Shown here piece after piece: positions 10,118-22,865 of a stretch of 64,000 nt of DNA (the first letter of the stretch is position 1; each line of letters begins with the position of its first letter). The stretch covers positions 320,001 through 384,000 of the forward strand of contig CAWFGE010000008.1 in the NCBI GenBank assembly GCA_963815195.1, read 5' to 3'. This DNA comes from an uncultured Planctomycetaceae bacterium (lineage in GTDB: Bacteria; Planctomycetota; Planctomycetia; Planctomycetales; Planctomycetaceae). The position numbers and the translations under genes were made by a program. A model generated the notes under the pieces. That model made no database searches. It saw nothing but the letters and a program-made list of their open reading frames with translations, and was not told the origin of the DNA.

Positions 10118-10861
10118 TTATTGAGCCGGCTGCCAGGCGGGGGTTTCGTGGTCTTCGATGTACTTGGTCAAGACCTCGTGCGGAGCGAAGCGGGCTTTGT
10201 AGGCCATCGATTGGCACTCGGCGATCCAATAACCGAGGTACAAAAACCGCCGGCCGGTTTGCCGGGCGTGTTCGATCTCTTGGAGCACGGTGAACGTGCC
10301 GGGGCTGTCCGGCCGCCAGTCGGGGTCGTGATAGAAATACACGCTCGACAGAGCATCGGGGAGCGCATCGACAAGACCGACGCCGATCAGCCGATCCCCG
10401 CGGTAATAGCGAAACTCCCGCGCGAAGTCCCATTCGCCGGCGAGGAATGCCTCGGCGTAGGTCTGGGCGTCGATCTGGTCGTTCCGCCAGCCGCTGCGGA
10501 CGTGCATGTCCGCGTGCCAGTCGTTGTAGAGCCGAACGTGGTCGTCGGTCACATCGGGCCGGGCGACTTCCAATCGAACATCGCGATTTTTGTTGAGCGC
10601 CCGCCGCTGGCTTTTGGTGGGACGAAACGCGTTCACATCGACCCGCAGGCTTTGGCATTTTCGGCAGGAAGGGCAACCGGGCCGGAAAAAATTGCGGCCG
10701 TGCCGACGCCAGCCCCGCTCCAACATCCCCTGAAACGCCTCCCCGGTTATGTGCGCCAGCACGCGGTATTCCAGCGAAGCCGTCTCGTCCGGAAGATAAG
10801 AACAATCTCCCGGCGGCATTTGAAACCGAAACAATTCCAGAATGTCGAAGAAACGATTCAT
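10118..10861 (-). CDS. ate: Bacterial ATE/Bpt-family aminoacyl-tRNA--protein transferase (putative arginyltransferase)
   Basis: CSYL, GWRRHGRNFFRPGCPSCRKC, SSVYFYHDP, YLGYWIAECQSMAYK. Confidence 0.85.
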   Translation of the reverse strand: MNRFFDILELFRFQMPPGDCSYLPDETASLEYRVLAHITGEAFQGMLERGWRRHGRNFFRPGCPSCRKCQSLRVDVNAFRPTKSQRRALNKNRDVRLEVARPDVTDDHVRLYNDWHADMHVRSGWRNDQIDAQTYAEAFLAGEWDFAREFRYYRGDRLIGVGLVDALPDALSSVYFYHDPDWRPDSPGTFTVLQEIEHARQTGRRFLYLGYWIAECQSMAYKARFAPHEVLTKYIEDHETPAWQPAQ

Positions 10862-11053
10862 CCGCTGCGAAGGTTGGGCTGACTGGGTGGGAAAACGCCG
10901 GGATACGGGTTCTTCAGATTATATCAAAACCGCGGATGGCCGGCGGATGAAATCTCCCTTGAAATTCGCGGAGGGTTCTGACACAGTCAACGAACGGGCC
11001 GGCCCCGAGGTTTTTCGCACTTCCTCTTCCATCTCCCCTCCAGAGGTCTCGCC

Positions 11054-12426
11054 ATGCCCAGGCTGATTTCCTGTTCCTTCCTGGCCGTCGCCGTTTGCTT
11101 GGGGATCGCCATTCCCGCGGCGGCTCAATTTGGCATCGGCGTCGTGGGCGGCGTGAGCATCGATGCCCAAGGCATGCTCCGCGACACCCGCACGCTCTCC
11201 AAGGATGAGCAATTAAAACTCCTCGAGCAGCAAGCCGTCGGCCAACCGGGTTCGCAGAAACTGGCCGCGGGATCGAACTTGCGAAGGGTTTCTTTGAAGC
11301 GGCTGGAGCAAACGGTCCAAAAACTCCACAGGGCCGGCGATCCCTTGCCCGCCGACGTGGAATATCTCGCCGGGCTGACGGCGGTCGAATACATCGTCTT
11401 CGATCCGGCCCACCGGGATGTGATTCTCGTCGGCCCCGCCGAGGGTTGGTCGCTACTGCCTACGGGCGAAGTCGCCGGGCAGAAATCCCAGCGGCCGGTC
11501 GTGCATCTGGAGGATTTGATCACCGCGATCCGGTATGCATTCGCGAAGCCGGGGAAAGACCCGTTTATCGGGTGTTCGATCGATCCGACGCCCCAAGGCA
11601 TGGCGCGATATGCCGCCTACATGAACGGCTTGGGAGGCATGGACCGCTCGCGGGTCAAGCAGATCTTCGCAGGGATGGAGCAGGCGATGGGGCCGCAGGC
11701 GGTGCGACTGTTCGGGGTCGAGCATTCCAGCCGATTCGCTTTGGCCATGCTCGCGGCGGATTACCGTTTGAAACGCCTCTCGCTCGGCCACGATCCCTCG
11801 CCGGTGAAGGAGTTCGTCAATTATCTGGACCTGTCGGCCAAGTCGTTTCGGCCCGGTCCGCAAAAGCAGCACCGCTGGTGGTTTCAGGGCAAGTATGACG
11901 CCATCCTCGAAACGCCCGACCATCTCGCGTTTCAACTGATCGGCCAAGGCGTGGAAGTCGTGACCGCACCCTCCAGCCTCGCCCAGCAGCCGGCGCAAAA
12001 GCCAGCCCCGCAGCCGAGGAAGTCGCGGAAACCTTCACCAAGCACTTCGCCGCGATCGCCAAAAAAGAGCCGGTCTTCGCGGAGCTGCAAAACCTGATCG
12101 CACTCGCGGCGACGGCGGAACTCATCGCCGAAAAACAGCGCCAACCCGGCGGGAAAAGGCATTGGCAGCCCCGGCATTTTCTCGACGCCAAGGCCTGCAG
12201 CCTGCAGGAATACAACGTCCCCAAGCACGTGCCCGCGATCTCCAATTACCGCCTGATCCGCAATCGGCACTGGCTGATCTCGATCAGCGGCGGCGTGGAC
12301 ATCAACCCCACCAAGCTGATCGACGCCAAGAAAAACGGCCAACCCGAATCCCCGCGGCCGCTCTCGCAGGTTCAAGAGCAAACCGAACCGCCCAAGGCGG
12401 CCTCCGAATGGTGGTGGGATGAGTGA
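11054..12426 (+). CDS. Secreted DUF1598-like planctomycete protein; frameshift near 12010
   Basis: Signal peptide, VGGVSIDAQG, GCSIDPT, AADYRLKRL, RWWF; C-terminal ISGGVDI...EWWWDE in a second frame. Confidence 0.75.
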
Positions 12427-12506
12427 GCTTGTCGCCGAAGCGGTTTTGGCGGTTCCCCACCCAATCTGCTTCAAAATAGGACAATTCTGATCTTTGCCTC
12501 GGCGGA

Positions 12507-14043
12507 ATGCCCATGCCCGATGTTGTGCTGACGACCTTCAACGCCCGCTATCATCACAGCGCATTCGGGCTGAGATATTTGCGGGCGAACATGGGCGAGC
12601 TTCGCGGCGAGACGGAGATTCTCGAGTTCGGGCTGAGCGAGAATCCGCTCGAAGTGATGGATCAGATCCTCGTGCGGAATCCGCGGATCGTCGGCGTGGG
12701 GGTTTACATCTGGAACGTCGAACCCTCGACGCGGCTGGTCGCGGACTTGAAGCGGGTGCGGCCGGACTTGACCGTGGTCTTGGGCGGCCCGGAAGTCAGT
12801 TACGAATGGGACGATCAACCCATCGTGCCGCTCGCGGATTATGTCATCGCCGGCGAGGGGGATTTGGTTTTTCCCGAGCTTTGCCGGCGGGTGCTCGGCG
12901 GAGATCGGCCTCGCGAGAAGTTTCTCATCGCCGACCCGCCCGCGCTTGCGGAGGTGAAGTTGCCCTACGACGAGTACACGGACGAAGACATCGCGCACCG
13001 CGTGGTGTATGTGGAGGCTTCGCGGGGCTGCCCGTTTACGTGCGAGTTTTGCCTCTCGGCCTTGGAGATTCCGGTCCGGCAGTTTCCGCTGGCGGATTTT
13101 TTGAGGGCGATGCAGTCGCTGTTGGACCGCGGGACAAGGCAGTTCAAATTTGTGGACCGCACCTTCAATTTGAACCTCAAGACGAGCCGGGCGATTCTGG
13201 AGTTTTTTCTGGACCGCTACGAGCCGGGGTTGTTTTTGCACTTCGAGATGATCCCGGACCGATTGCCGGAATCGCTCAGGGACATCATTGCCCGCTTCCC
13301 GGCGGGGGCGCTGCAGTTCGAGGTGGGGATTCAGACGTTTGACGCCGCGGTGTCGGAGCGCATCAGCCGCCGGCAGGATGCCCTCAAGCTGGAAGAGAAC
13401 CTCGTCTTTCTCCGCGAAGAAACCGGCGTCCATGTCCACGCGGATTTGATCGTGGGACTGCCGGGCGAGGATCGTGGAAACTTTTGCGGCGGGGTTCAAT
13501 CGCCTGGTGGCGTTGGGGCCGCAGGAAATTCAAGTGGGAATGCTCAAGCGGCTCCGGGGCACGCCGATTGTCCGCCACGATGCCGAGTGGCAGATGGTGT
13601 ATAGTCCGCACCCTCCGTATGAAATTCTGCAAACTCGCGACATCGATGCGGCGATGATGTCGCGGATGCGGCGGTTTGCGAAGTCTTGGGACCAGATCGC
13701 CAACAGCGGGAACTTTGTGGAGACGGCCCCGCTGTTGTGGGAGCGAGCGGAGCCGTTCGCCGGGTTCTTGGCGTTTACCGATTGGCTTTACGAACGGGAA
13801 CAGCGGACGCACGGGCTCTCGCTCGTGCGGCTGATGGAGGGGTTGCTGTGTTACCTGACGGACGTCGGTAAGTTCTCGGGGCAGGATGTGGCCGAGCGGT
13901 TGTGGCCGGATTACCAGCGCGGCGGCCGCAGCGACCGCCCGCGGTTGTTTGCCGGTTACGAACTCTCGCCGCCGACGCGCCAGCGAAAGTCCGTCCAATT
14001 GCCCCGCCGCCAGTCCCGGCACATTGTGGAAGCGGAGAGTTGA
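12507..14043 (+). CDS. B12-binding radical SAM protein with DUF4080-like C-terminus; frameshift near 13472
   Basis: [20 protein letters not shown] (CxxxCxxC), [11 protein letters not shown]; continues in ORF 13474-14043. Confidence 0.85.
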
Positions 14044-14059
14044 CCGGCGCAAGCGGTCA

Positions 14060-15754
14060 TCACTCGCCGCCCCCATTCAAAGCATAAAAGATGCCGCCTT
14101 TGATGAGGTCGGCAATGAGGGCGACGGCGATCATTTTCGCACCTTTGGGTTTTCCCTGAATCGCCCACACGATGCCCAGGATGAGTCCAATGCCGGAGAG
14201 AATCACGCCGCAGAGAACTTCGCCTGTGGAGAGATTGTCCTCATCGTCAAATCCGCCGCCGCCTTCGTCGAACTCATCGTCGCGGCGTTTTTTCGGATCC
14301 CATTTGACTTCCTTTTCTTCCCGGATGAGCGCTAATTCGGGCTGGAAGTAATAGGTAAACAGAGCATTGGTCCGCATATTGAAGACCGCGGCGAACGCGA
14401 ACGGGGCGCAGGCCAAAAGCCAGAGAATGGACGGGACGATGACGGGTTCCATGTCGATCTCGCGTTCCCAGGGTTTCTTGGCAGCGGTTCCGCCGGTGGC
14501 GATTCCTCCCTCGCCGCCGCCACTTTGGTCCGCGTAGTATTTGCGTTCGGAGAGAATCTGGTCCTTCGTCGCGAACAACCACCAGGACACGGGGTTCAGT
14601 TCGGTGGTGATCTGGCCGGGAAGCTCTTTTTCCTGCTCGCCTGCTGCGTTTTTCTTTTTGGGCTCTTCGTAGGACATCACGAGCTGGACGCGGGCGTTGT
14701 GGTTGAGGTCTTCCACGAGTTTGCTCAGGTCGCTCCCGAACGCGAGCGGGATAATCGACACGAGGATCAGCGACGGGAGCATCGTGGCTCCGCAGAACAG
14801 GCACCAATACATCGCGGGTTTCACCAGACCCTTAAAGTACTGGGGCAGGATTTTGGGGGAGAGCCAGCCGGGCCACTGCACGGGCATCGCCATATGCGAC
14901 ATCGCGACGGGAAAGCAGAAAAACGCGGGCAAAAAGCCGAGGGCGATCAGCACCAGGCCCACGACGGCGTTGTCGTTGGCAATGAGGATCCCGCCCACGG
15001 TTCCAAACACGATCTGGAAGGGTGCGGAAAACACGATCAGCCAAGAAACGAACTTGATGCCCAAGGCCGCGCTGGTGAAGAACTCGTAGCGCACGCGGTC
15101 GAGCTTGATCTTTTTATCGAACGTGCTTTGGATGAGGACGGTATCGAGAAACCAGCACCAGCCCGGCCCGACCATCGCCAACAAGAGCGCGATCACGCCC
15201 CAGAACGCTTTGAGCGGGAGCTTCGAGGTGTAGATCATCATGAACGCCGCCGCCCCGCAAATGACGGTGGTGATCATCACGTAGACCATCGTCCGCATGC
15301 CGAAGCCCCAATGCTTTTTGAGGAACTCCCAGCCGTCGGACAGGAATTTTTCGTAGTATTTGTCGGGGTCGGGGCCGCCGCGTTCTTTTTTTGCGAGTTT
15401 TTCCGCGCTGAGCCGGCCGGTGACCAGATCGACGCCGCATTTCGGGCATTCGATGTCTTCCTCATCGACCTGGATCCCGCATCTGGGGCAGACGCGGGTG
15501 CTGCGGTCTTCCGCGCGGGACAGGTCGAGGTTGGCGAACAAAGCGTCCTCGTCTTCCGGGGCCGCGCTCCGCGCGGGCTTGCGGGTTTTTGCTGCTCCGG
15601 CGGCGGCTTTTTGACGTTTCGGTCCCGAGGATTTCTGCCCGCGCGGCACCGGCACCCGGCCGGAACACGCGGGACACTTCACCGCTTTTCCCCGCGCTTC
15701 ATCGGGGACGGTCAACACTTTTTCACATTCGGGGCAACGCACTTTGACGGGCAT
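14060..15754 (-). CDS. Zinc-ribbon-containing multi-pass membrane protein
   Basis: N-terminal CPEC...CPAC and CPRC...CPKC pairs followed by many hydrophobic segments. Confidence 0.75.
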   Translation of the reverse strand: MPVKVRCPECEKVLTVPDEARGKAVKCPACSGRVPVPRGQKSSGPKRQKAAAGAAKTRKPARSAAPEDEDALFANLDLSRAEDRSTRVCPRCGIQVDEEDIECPKCGVDLVTGRLSAEKLAKKERGGPDPDKYYEKFLSDGWEFLKKHWGFGMRTMVYVMITTVICGAAAFMMIYTSKLPLKAFWGVIALLLAMVGPGWCWFLDTVLIQSTFDKKIKLDRVRYEFFTSAALGIKFVSWLIVFSAPFQIVFGTVGGILIANDNAVVGLVLIALGFLPAFFCFPVAMSHMAMPVQWPGWLSPKILPQYFKGLVKPAMYWCLFCGATMLPSLILVSIIPLAFGSDLSKLVEDLNHNARVQLVMSYEEPKKKNAAGEQEKELPGQITTELNPVSWWLFATKDQILSERKYYADQSGGGEGGIATGGTAAKKPWEREIDMEPVIVPSILWLLACAPFAFAAVFNMRTNALFTYYFQPELALIREEKEVKWDPKKRRDDEFDEGGGGFDDEDNLSTGEVLCGVILSGIGLILGIVWAIQGKPKGAKMIAVALIADLIKGGIFYALNGGGE

Positions 15755-16028
15755 AAAAGACACTCCGCGCCGAGGGTTTGTCGCAAAGACGCTCGGCGGC
15801 CGTGGATGGGAGAACCGTTTGGGATCGGAAACCCGTCCGCTGCCGGACTCGGCCAACCGGAACGGGTTTCTTTTTAATGTACCATCTTTCCCGCCCGTGT
15901 CATGTCCGAACGGGCAATCCGAGAGCTGGGCAAGACGCCGCGTCTCTCCGCAAATCTCCGCCGCGGGCTTGCGGATTGGGCTTTCACCGCCGAAAATTCA
16001 ATGTCACCTGAACAGAAAAGGAACATTG

Positions 16029-17156
16029 ATGGATGCCCTGCAGTACGCCCAGGACCTGGTTGCTTTCAAATCGCCGAGCGCTCTGTCCAACGTCGCGGTC
16101 AGCGATTTTGTCCAAGAGGCCTTGAAGAAACTGGCCTTCGACACCGAACGGCTGGAATACAATGATGCGAACGGGGTTCGCAAATGCAGCATCATCGGCA
16201 AAAAAGGCGAAGGCCGCGGCGGGCTGGCGTACTTCGGCCACACCGACGTCGTCCCGGCCGACAATTGGTTCAGCGACGAGCACGGCCCGTTCACGCCCAC
16301 CGTCAAAGACGACCGGCTCTACGGCCGGGGAAGTTGCGACATGAAAGGATCCGTGGCCACGATGCTCGCGGCGGCGTCAAGGTTCTCGGCTTCGGAACTG
16401 AAGCACCCCATCTACATCACCTGCACGGCGGATGAGGAAGTCGGTTACGTCGGGGCGAAAGACGTGGCCTCCCGCTCGGTGCTGTTTCGCGAAATGGTCG
16501 ACGGCCACAGCAAGGGCATCATCGGCGAACCGACCCGCCTCGAAGTCGTACACGCCCACAAGGGGACTTACGGATTAAAAGTCACGAGCCGCGGCCGGGC
16601 CGCCCATTCCAGCACGCGGGAAGGCCTCAATGCGAACCTGGCGATGATTCCCTTCCTCGCCGAAATGAAAGCCATCCACGATCAAACCGATTTCGACCCC
16701 AAATGGCACAATCCGGAATTCGATCCGCCCACGCTGAGTTGGAACATCGGCATCAACGACCACACCAAGGCCGTCAACATCACCGCCCCCTTGAGCATCT
16801 GCACGGTGTATTTCCGCCCGATGCCCGGCATGGACGTCGGCGAACTGATGGACCGCACCGCGCCAAGGCCGAGGAATGCGGCCTGGAATTCGAAAGCCAC
16901 TGTGGAAACGCCGCCCTTGTATGTCGATCCACAATCCGAATTTATCCGCGACGTGCTGCAACTCGCGGGACGGGAAATATCCTCCACCGTGTCCTACGGC
17001 ACCGACGGCGGCAGCTTTCTGGCGATGAAAAACCTCGTCGTCTTCGGCCCCGGCGACATCGCCCAGGCCCATACCAACGATGAATGGATCTCCCTCGATC
17101 AACTCGAACGCGGCACCGACATGTACGCCCGTGCCATCCGCCGCTGGTGCTGCTGA
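16029..17156 (+). CDS. argE: M20 family amidohydrolase (acetylornithine deacetylase ArgE-like)
   Basis: GHTDVV, LYGRGSCDMKG, DEEVG, GEPT, GPGDIAQAHT.DE; probable compensating indels at ~16860-16910. Confidence 0.75.
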   Translation: MDALQYAQDLVAFKSPSALSNVAVSDFVQEALKKLAFDTERLEYNDANGVRKCSIIGKKGEGRGGLAYFGHTDVVPADNWFSDEHGPFTPTVKDDRLYGRGSCDMKGSVATMLAAASRFSASELKHPIYITCTADEEVGYVGAKDVASRSVLFREMVDGHSKGIIGEPTRLEVVHAHKGTYGLKVTSRGRAAHSSTREGLNANLAMIPFLAEMKAIHDQTDFDPKWHNPEFDPPTLSWNIGINDHTKAVNITAPLSICTVYFRPMPGMDVGELMDRTAPRPRNAAWNSKATVETPPLYVDPQSEFIRDVLQLAGREISSTVSYGTDGGSFLAMKNLVVFGPGDIAQAHTNDEWISLDQLERGTDMYARAIRRWCC

Positions 17157-17160
17157 CCCA

Positions 17161-17457
17161 GTGAGCGGAACGGCGCTAGCCGCCGGCCGTTTGTAGGTTG
17201 CATTCCGCCAGCCGGCGGCTAGCGCTGAGGGTGCCTGGGGCGCAAAGCGATGGATCAAGCCAAAAACGCGTTCCGAAAGCTGGGGCCGTGGGAGTTTTTT
17301 CGCACGCGCCCGTCGCCCCAGTATTCGCTTGCCTCACTTTAATTCCTAGAGGAATCTGCACCCAGGCACCCCAACCGCTTACCGCTTGAGTTTTTATAAG
17401 CCATTTCGGGGTGGCGGTACGGCTCCCTTGACCGGCGGCTAACGCCCAGCCGCTCAC
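17161..17457. repeat. REP-like inverted repeats
   Basis: GCGCTAGCCGCCGG (17173) pairs with CCGGCGGCTAGCGC (17212); 17432-17457 is an inverted variant of 17161-17186. Confidence 0.7.
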
Positions 17458-17550
17458 GAGACTTCCAAAGTGGAACGCATCCACGGCGTCTGTTATGGTG
17501 GGGTGAACTCGAAATCTCCCTTGCCCCACCAAACCACGATGGACGACCGA

Positions 17551-19208
17551 ATGGCGTTTCCTACAGGCATCAATTTTTCCGTTCGATTGCTTGGGTTCAT
17601 CGCGTTGACGTTGTTTATGGGCGGCTGCGGGCCATCGGAAGAATCCGCCAGTAAAAGCCCGCCGGCGAAAAGCGTGAGCACCGGCGACGCAAAAGAACCC
17701 ACCGGCCGCGAAAAACCCGCGGCAAAAAAACCCGATCCCGGGCAGGTGTGGAAGGATTTGATCGCCCGAGCCGGCACGCAGCTTGAGGCCGGCGACCTCG
17801 AAGCCGCCGGGAAAACTTTGGAAGCGATCGGAAAGGTTTATGCCGATCCCGACGAACCCGCGGCGGAACAACAGGCCGCGCTCGACGAACTCAAAACCCG
17901 CTTCGCGGAAAAGAAAGAACAGTCGATCGCGAAACAGCGGGAAGAGAACTTGGCCGAGGCGGAGCGGCTGATGAACGTGGGCAAGTTGACCGAAGCCGCG
18001 CAAAAGGTGAACGATGTGATCGCGGCCGCGCCCACTTCGGAACAACGGGAAAAGACGCGGGCGATTCTCGCGGAGATCGCGAGCCGGCGAAAGGCCCGCC
18101 GCGACCTGCGGACGTGGGTGCAGCTTTTGGAGCGCGAGGACCGCGGGAACATCGCCACCGCGCATTCCAATTTGCTCCGGCAGCCCGACGTCGCGCTCGG
18201 GATGATGATCGAGGCGTCGGAAAACCTCGAGAAGCCGATTCTCGCCGCGAACTCGCTGGAAGTCCTGCGAATGCTGGGCCGGCCGAAGGAAGCGATTCCT
18301 GCGATGATCGCGGTTCTCAAGCGGCCCGAACAGAAGGACATCTGGCCCGCCGCGGTCCGCGAACTTGGACTCACAAACCAATCCGGTGCGGGGGAGCCGT
18401 TGTTGGAATTGGCTCTCTCGGCAGATGATCTGGACCAGCGAATCGCAGCCCTGGATGCGCTCTCGGAGGTTGTGGACATTCCCAACTCCACGTTCGCCCG
18501 GTTGTTGCCCATGCTGCGGGCCGACGGGCCGGAACTGGCGGCGGCACTCCGGGCGGCCTATCAAGCGGTCCGGCAGCACAACCAATACGACTTCGCTGCC
18601 CGGCGGGGGTTCGATGAGGAACTCACCAGCGAACAGGCCGACCTGTTGTCCCGTTTGCCGGAACGGCTCAAGCAACTCGTGGAACGGCCGGCGGACGATG
18701 CGATGGACGCCGAGGTCGTTCACGGGGCGAAGGTGCTGGCGATGGCGACGCACCTGGTCGCGCCCAACCGCTCGAGAAAGTCGCCGTCTTAAGGGCCGAG
18801 GCGGAAGAGCCCAACAGTCCCGCGAAGGCGGTGTTGGACGGCGTGTGGAATTCGACCGATCCCGCGACGATGTGGCGGCATCCCGCGGCCCGGCGGAGCA
18901 CGATCACGCTCGACTTGGGCGAGACGAAAACGGTCGCCGGGGTCCGCCTGTGGAATTTCAACGAGCCCGGCGGCACGCACCGCGGCTGGAAAGAGGTCGA
19001 GGTTTTCGTCAGCGATTCGCCCACGGCGTTGACGCCCGCGGCTTCCGGTATCGTCCCCAAAGCCCCCGGTGCCGCCGACACGCCGGATTATGGAACCGTC
19101 ATCCCCACGCCCTTCGTCCGCGGCAGGTATGTGCGCCTCTTCGCGAAATCCCTGTGGAACCCCGACAACGACACCGGCCTCAGTGAAATCCAAGTGCTGG
19201 GGTTTTGA
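17551..19208 (+). CDS. Lipoprotein with helical repeat region and C-terminal discoidin/F5-8-like domain; frameshift near 18770
   Basis: Lipobox LFMGGC; C-terminal ITLDLGETKTVAGVRLWNFN...GRYVRL...GLSEIQVLG in ORF 18831-19208. Confidence 0.65.
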
Positions 19209-19259
19209 TTTCACACGACGATGATAACTCACAATAAAAACCACCGTTGGAGCGGTCTG

Positions 19260-22080
19260 ATGCCAACGCGTATTGTTTCGACAATTCTTCCCGCCCTTGG
19301 GTTCTTGGCTGTGCAGTTTTCCCACGGCTTGATTCAAGCCCAACAGCCGCCGGCTCAGGTGCGGTTTTTGGAAGGGCATCAAGCACCGGCCCGCACGGTG
19401 GCGTATTCGCCGGATGGAAAAAGCATTCTCTCGGGCAGCGCCGACGGCAGCGTACGCATCTGGGACAAAGCCAACGGCGGGTTGATTCGCACGATCCAAA
19501 ACCACTCCGGGCCGGTGCTCGGTTTGGCGATTTCCCCGGACGGCACGCAGTTCGCCGCCGCCGGTTTGGATCGGAAGATTTCCATCACCGATTTGCCCGC
19601 GATGCACCCGCTGGCGAGCCTCGGGAACACGCCGGGCAAACCCTCGGCTCTCGCGGTGTCGTCCGACGGTAAGCTCGCGCTCACGGGCGACGGCAACAAT
19701 GTCGTCCGCTTATGGAACACCGAAACCAAAACCGTGCTCCGCGACTTCGGCGGCTCGACGAAACCCATCACCGGCGTCGCGCTCTTCCCCGAAGCCAAGC
19801 AGGTCGTGGGAGCATCGCGGGATGGGAACCTGCGGGTGTGGAATCTCGACAACGGCCAGCCGATCGCCGCGATTCATGCCACGCCGCTCAATGCCTTCGC
19901 CGTCCATCCGGATGGAAACATGGATCGCAGGAGCGGGGCAGGACGGGCTGTTGCGGTTGATCGCCTGGCCGCCGATTCCGGTCCAATCTCTGCCGGGGCA
20001 TGGCGATCAAGTCTCGGCGGTGGACTTGTCCAAGGATGGAAAACTGATCGGCAGCGGCGGGCTGGACGGGCGGGTGCTGCTGTTTCATGCCGAGGATGGA
20101 AAACAGCTTCGTGCGCTTGCCGGTCAGGACGGGCAGGTGACGGCGTTGGCTCTGAATGAGGATGCGTCCCTGATCGCCGCCGGCAGCCACAAGGGCGGGC
20201 TGAAAATCTGGAAAACCGCCGACGGCCGCGAACAGATCACGTTGGAAGGACACACGGGAGCCATCCACGGCGTGGCGTTTCATCCGAAACAGACGCAAGT
20301 CGCCACCGCCGGTGCCGACGGCACGCTGCAAATCTGGTCGCTGTCTCCGAAAGCCGACGACGATGCGGTTTCCAAAGAACCGCTGGTGCTCAGCAGGTTA
20401 ATGCAGATCAAAGCCCATCAAGGCGGCGTGACGGGCGTGGTCTTCTCGCCGGACGGCCGGTTTCTTTTCAGCAGCGGTGCGGACAAACTCGTTCGCCAAT
20501 GGGACGCCGCGAGCGGGCAGGAAGTCGGCACCTTCACCGGCAGCAGCAATCAACTGACCGACCTTGCGATCAGCGGCGACGGCAAAAAACTCATCGCGGG
20601 CGGGGCCGATGCGAAGGTTTATGTCTGGAATGTTCCCCCCAATCCCACACCGAACAAACCGGCTGAAACGAAACCTCTCGCCACTTTTGCGCACACCGCG
20701 GCGGTTCGCAGCGTTGCGGTGAGCGGCGACGGGGCGATCATCGCCGCGGGCGGGGACGATCGGCTGATTCGATTCTGGGACGCCGCGACCGGACAGGAAC
20801 GCGAAGAGTTCGCCGGGCACACGTCCACGGTGCGGGCGATCGCCCTGTCCGCCGACGGCCGGATTTTGATCTCCGGCAGTGCAGATCACACGCTCCGGCG
20901 TTGGCAGCCCGCGGTCGCCGCGATCACGGAAGCCCATCCCGGCGAGGGCGGAGTTTTGGACGTGGCGTTTTCCGCGGACGGAAACCACATTTTCACCGCC
21001 GGTGCGGACAAATCCGCGAAAGAGTGGCAGACGGCGGATCTCAAACCGGTGCGAACTTTCGCGGGGGCCGCGGGACCGCTGCGGACTCTCGCGGCGAGCG
21101 ACGATGGCAAACTCCTCGCGGCCGGCGGCGATGATGGGGACGTCACTCTCTGGACAATCGCCGACGGCAAACCCGCGGGGACGGTCAAACTGCCCGCGGC
21201 GGTTGTTTCGATCCTCCTCGCCGATCAGGGCCGGAAACTCGTCGTGGCGGCGGCCGATCAAACGATCCGCAACTTCGGCGTGCAAAACACCAACGGCGAG
21301 ACCCAAATCAAGTTGACCAATGAATTCCTCGGCCACACCGCCCAAATCGCAAAATTGGCCCTGGCGGCGGACGGGCACACGCTCTTGAGCACCGCCGCCG
21401 ATCAGACGGTCAAGAAGTGGTACGCCGCGTCCCCGCAGCCCCGGCAAATTTTAATGGGGCACAGCGGCATCATTTATGACCTGGCTTACAAGGCCGACGG
21501 TTCGCTTCTGGCGAGTGCCGGGGGCGACGGCTCGGTCCGCATCTGGAATCCTCAATCTGGCGAGCAAGTCGCCCAATGCCAAGGGCACGAATCGCAGGTG
21601 CATGCCGTCGCGTTTCATCCGACGGCACAACAACTCGCCAGCGGCGGCCGCGATGGAATCGTTCGCTTGTGGAACCCCAAAACCGGCGAAGAAACCAGCC
21701 CGCGGACCGCGGCACCGATCGGCAGCATCGATTCGCTGGCCTATTCCAAGAACGGAAAACTTCTCACCGCCGCCGGCGCGGACAAAACCTGGCGGTCGAT
21801 TCCCGAAGAGAAGCCGACGGAGAACACGATCGTCGGTTTGGGTCATAACGACACCATCCAGGCCGTCCGCTATAACGCCGCGGGCACGCGGATGGCCAGC
21901 GTGGATTTTTCCGGCCAGCTCATCATCTGGAACCCCGCGAACGGCGACATCCTGTTCCACCAGCAATTGCCTGTGCACACGGCGTATTCGCACGCGTATT
22001 CCCCCGACGGCACCGAACTCGCGGTGGCGACGAACGATCCCCGCGTGCTCCGCGTTTTGATTCCACAATCCGCGCGTTAA
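19260..22080 (+). CDS. Large secreted WD40-repeat protein; frameshift near 19918
   Basis: Signal peptide and many GH...S.DG...SGS.D..V..WD repeats across ORFs 19221-20159 and 19699-22080. Confidence 0.85.
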
Positions 22081-22085
22081 CGGCC

Positions 22086-22865
22086 ATGTCTCAAACTTCG
22101 CGCCCAGCCGAGGAAGTCCCCATCGACCGCATCGCCCCCACGCGGCGGCCGGCCGGACGCTGCCGGGGCTATCAAAACTGGCGGTCGCTATTGTTCATGC
22201 ACTGGCCGGTTCCGGTGCAGACGATGCGGAGTCTGGTGCCTTCGGAATTGGAATTGGACTTGTACAAAGGCGAAGCCTATGTGGGCGCGGTGCCGTTCGC
22301 GATGGAAGGCGTTCGCCCGCGTTGGTGGCCGAAGCGGCTGGCCTTCAACTTTTTGGAAACCAACGTGCGGACTTATGTGTCATATAGGGGCCGCCCGGGA
22401 GTTTATTTTTTCTCGCTGGAAGCGGCATCCGGGTTAGCCGTGCGGGCGGCCCGCAAGTTGTGGAGCCTGCCTTATTATCATGCCCAGATGAGCCTCGAAA
22501 CCAAGGGCGACGAAGTCCGGTATCAATCCCGCCGTTACCGGGGGAACGTACAGCACAAAGTCCGCTACCGCGTGGGTGAAAAGCTCGGCCTCTCGGAGCC
22601 GGGGACCATCGAGTTTTTTTTGCTCGAGCGTTATCTGCTCTTCGCCCCGCGAAAGGGGCACATCTACGCCGGCCAGGTGCATCACACACCCTATCCCGCG
22701 CAAAGGGCGGAGGTGTTGGAGTTGGAAGATGATCTGCTCGAAGCCGCGGGGTTTGGGGTCTGTCCCGGGCTTCCGACGTTGACGCATTACGTCGCGGGAG
22801 TGGATGTGGAGATTTTCGATCTGAAACGGCTCGCTCCCGCGTGCTCGCCGGGTGAATCGCCATGA
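22086..22865 (+). CDS. YqjF/DUF2071 family protein
   Basis: QNWRSLLFMHWPV, FLETNVRTYV, GVYFFSLEA, FLLERY. Confidence 0.85.
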   Translation: MSQTSRPAEEVPIDRIAPTRRPAGRCRGYQNWRSLLFMHWPVPVQTMRSLVPSELELDLYKGEAYVGAVPFAMEGVRPRWWPKRLAFNFLETNVRTYVSYRGRPGVYFFSLEAASGLAVRAARKLWSLPYYHAQMSLETKGDEVRYQSRRYRGNVQHKVRYRVGEKLGLSEPGTIEFFLLERYLLFAPRKGHIYAGQVHHTPYPAQRAEVLELEDDLLEAAGFGVCPGLPTLTHYVAGVDVEIFDLKRLAPACSPGESP

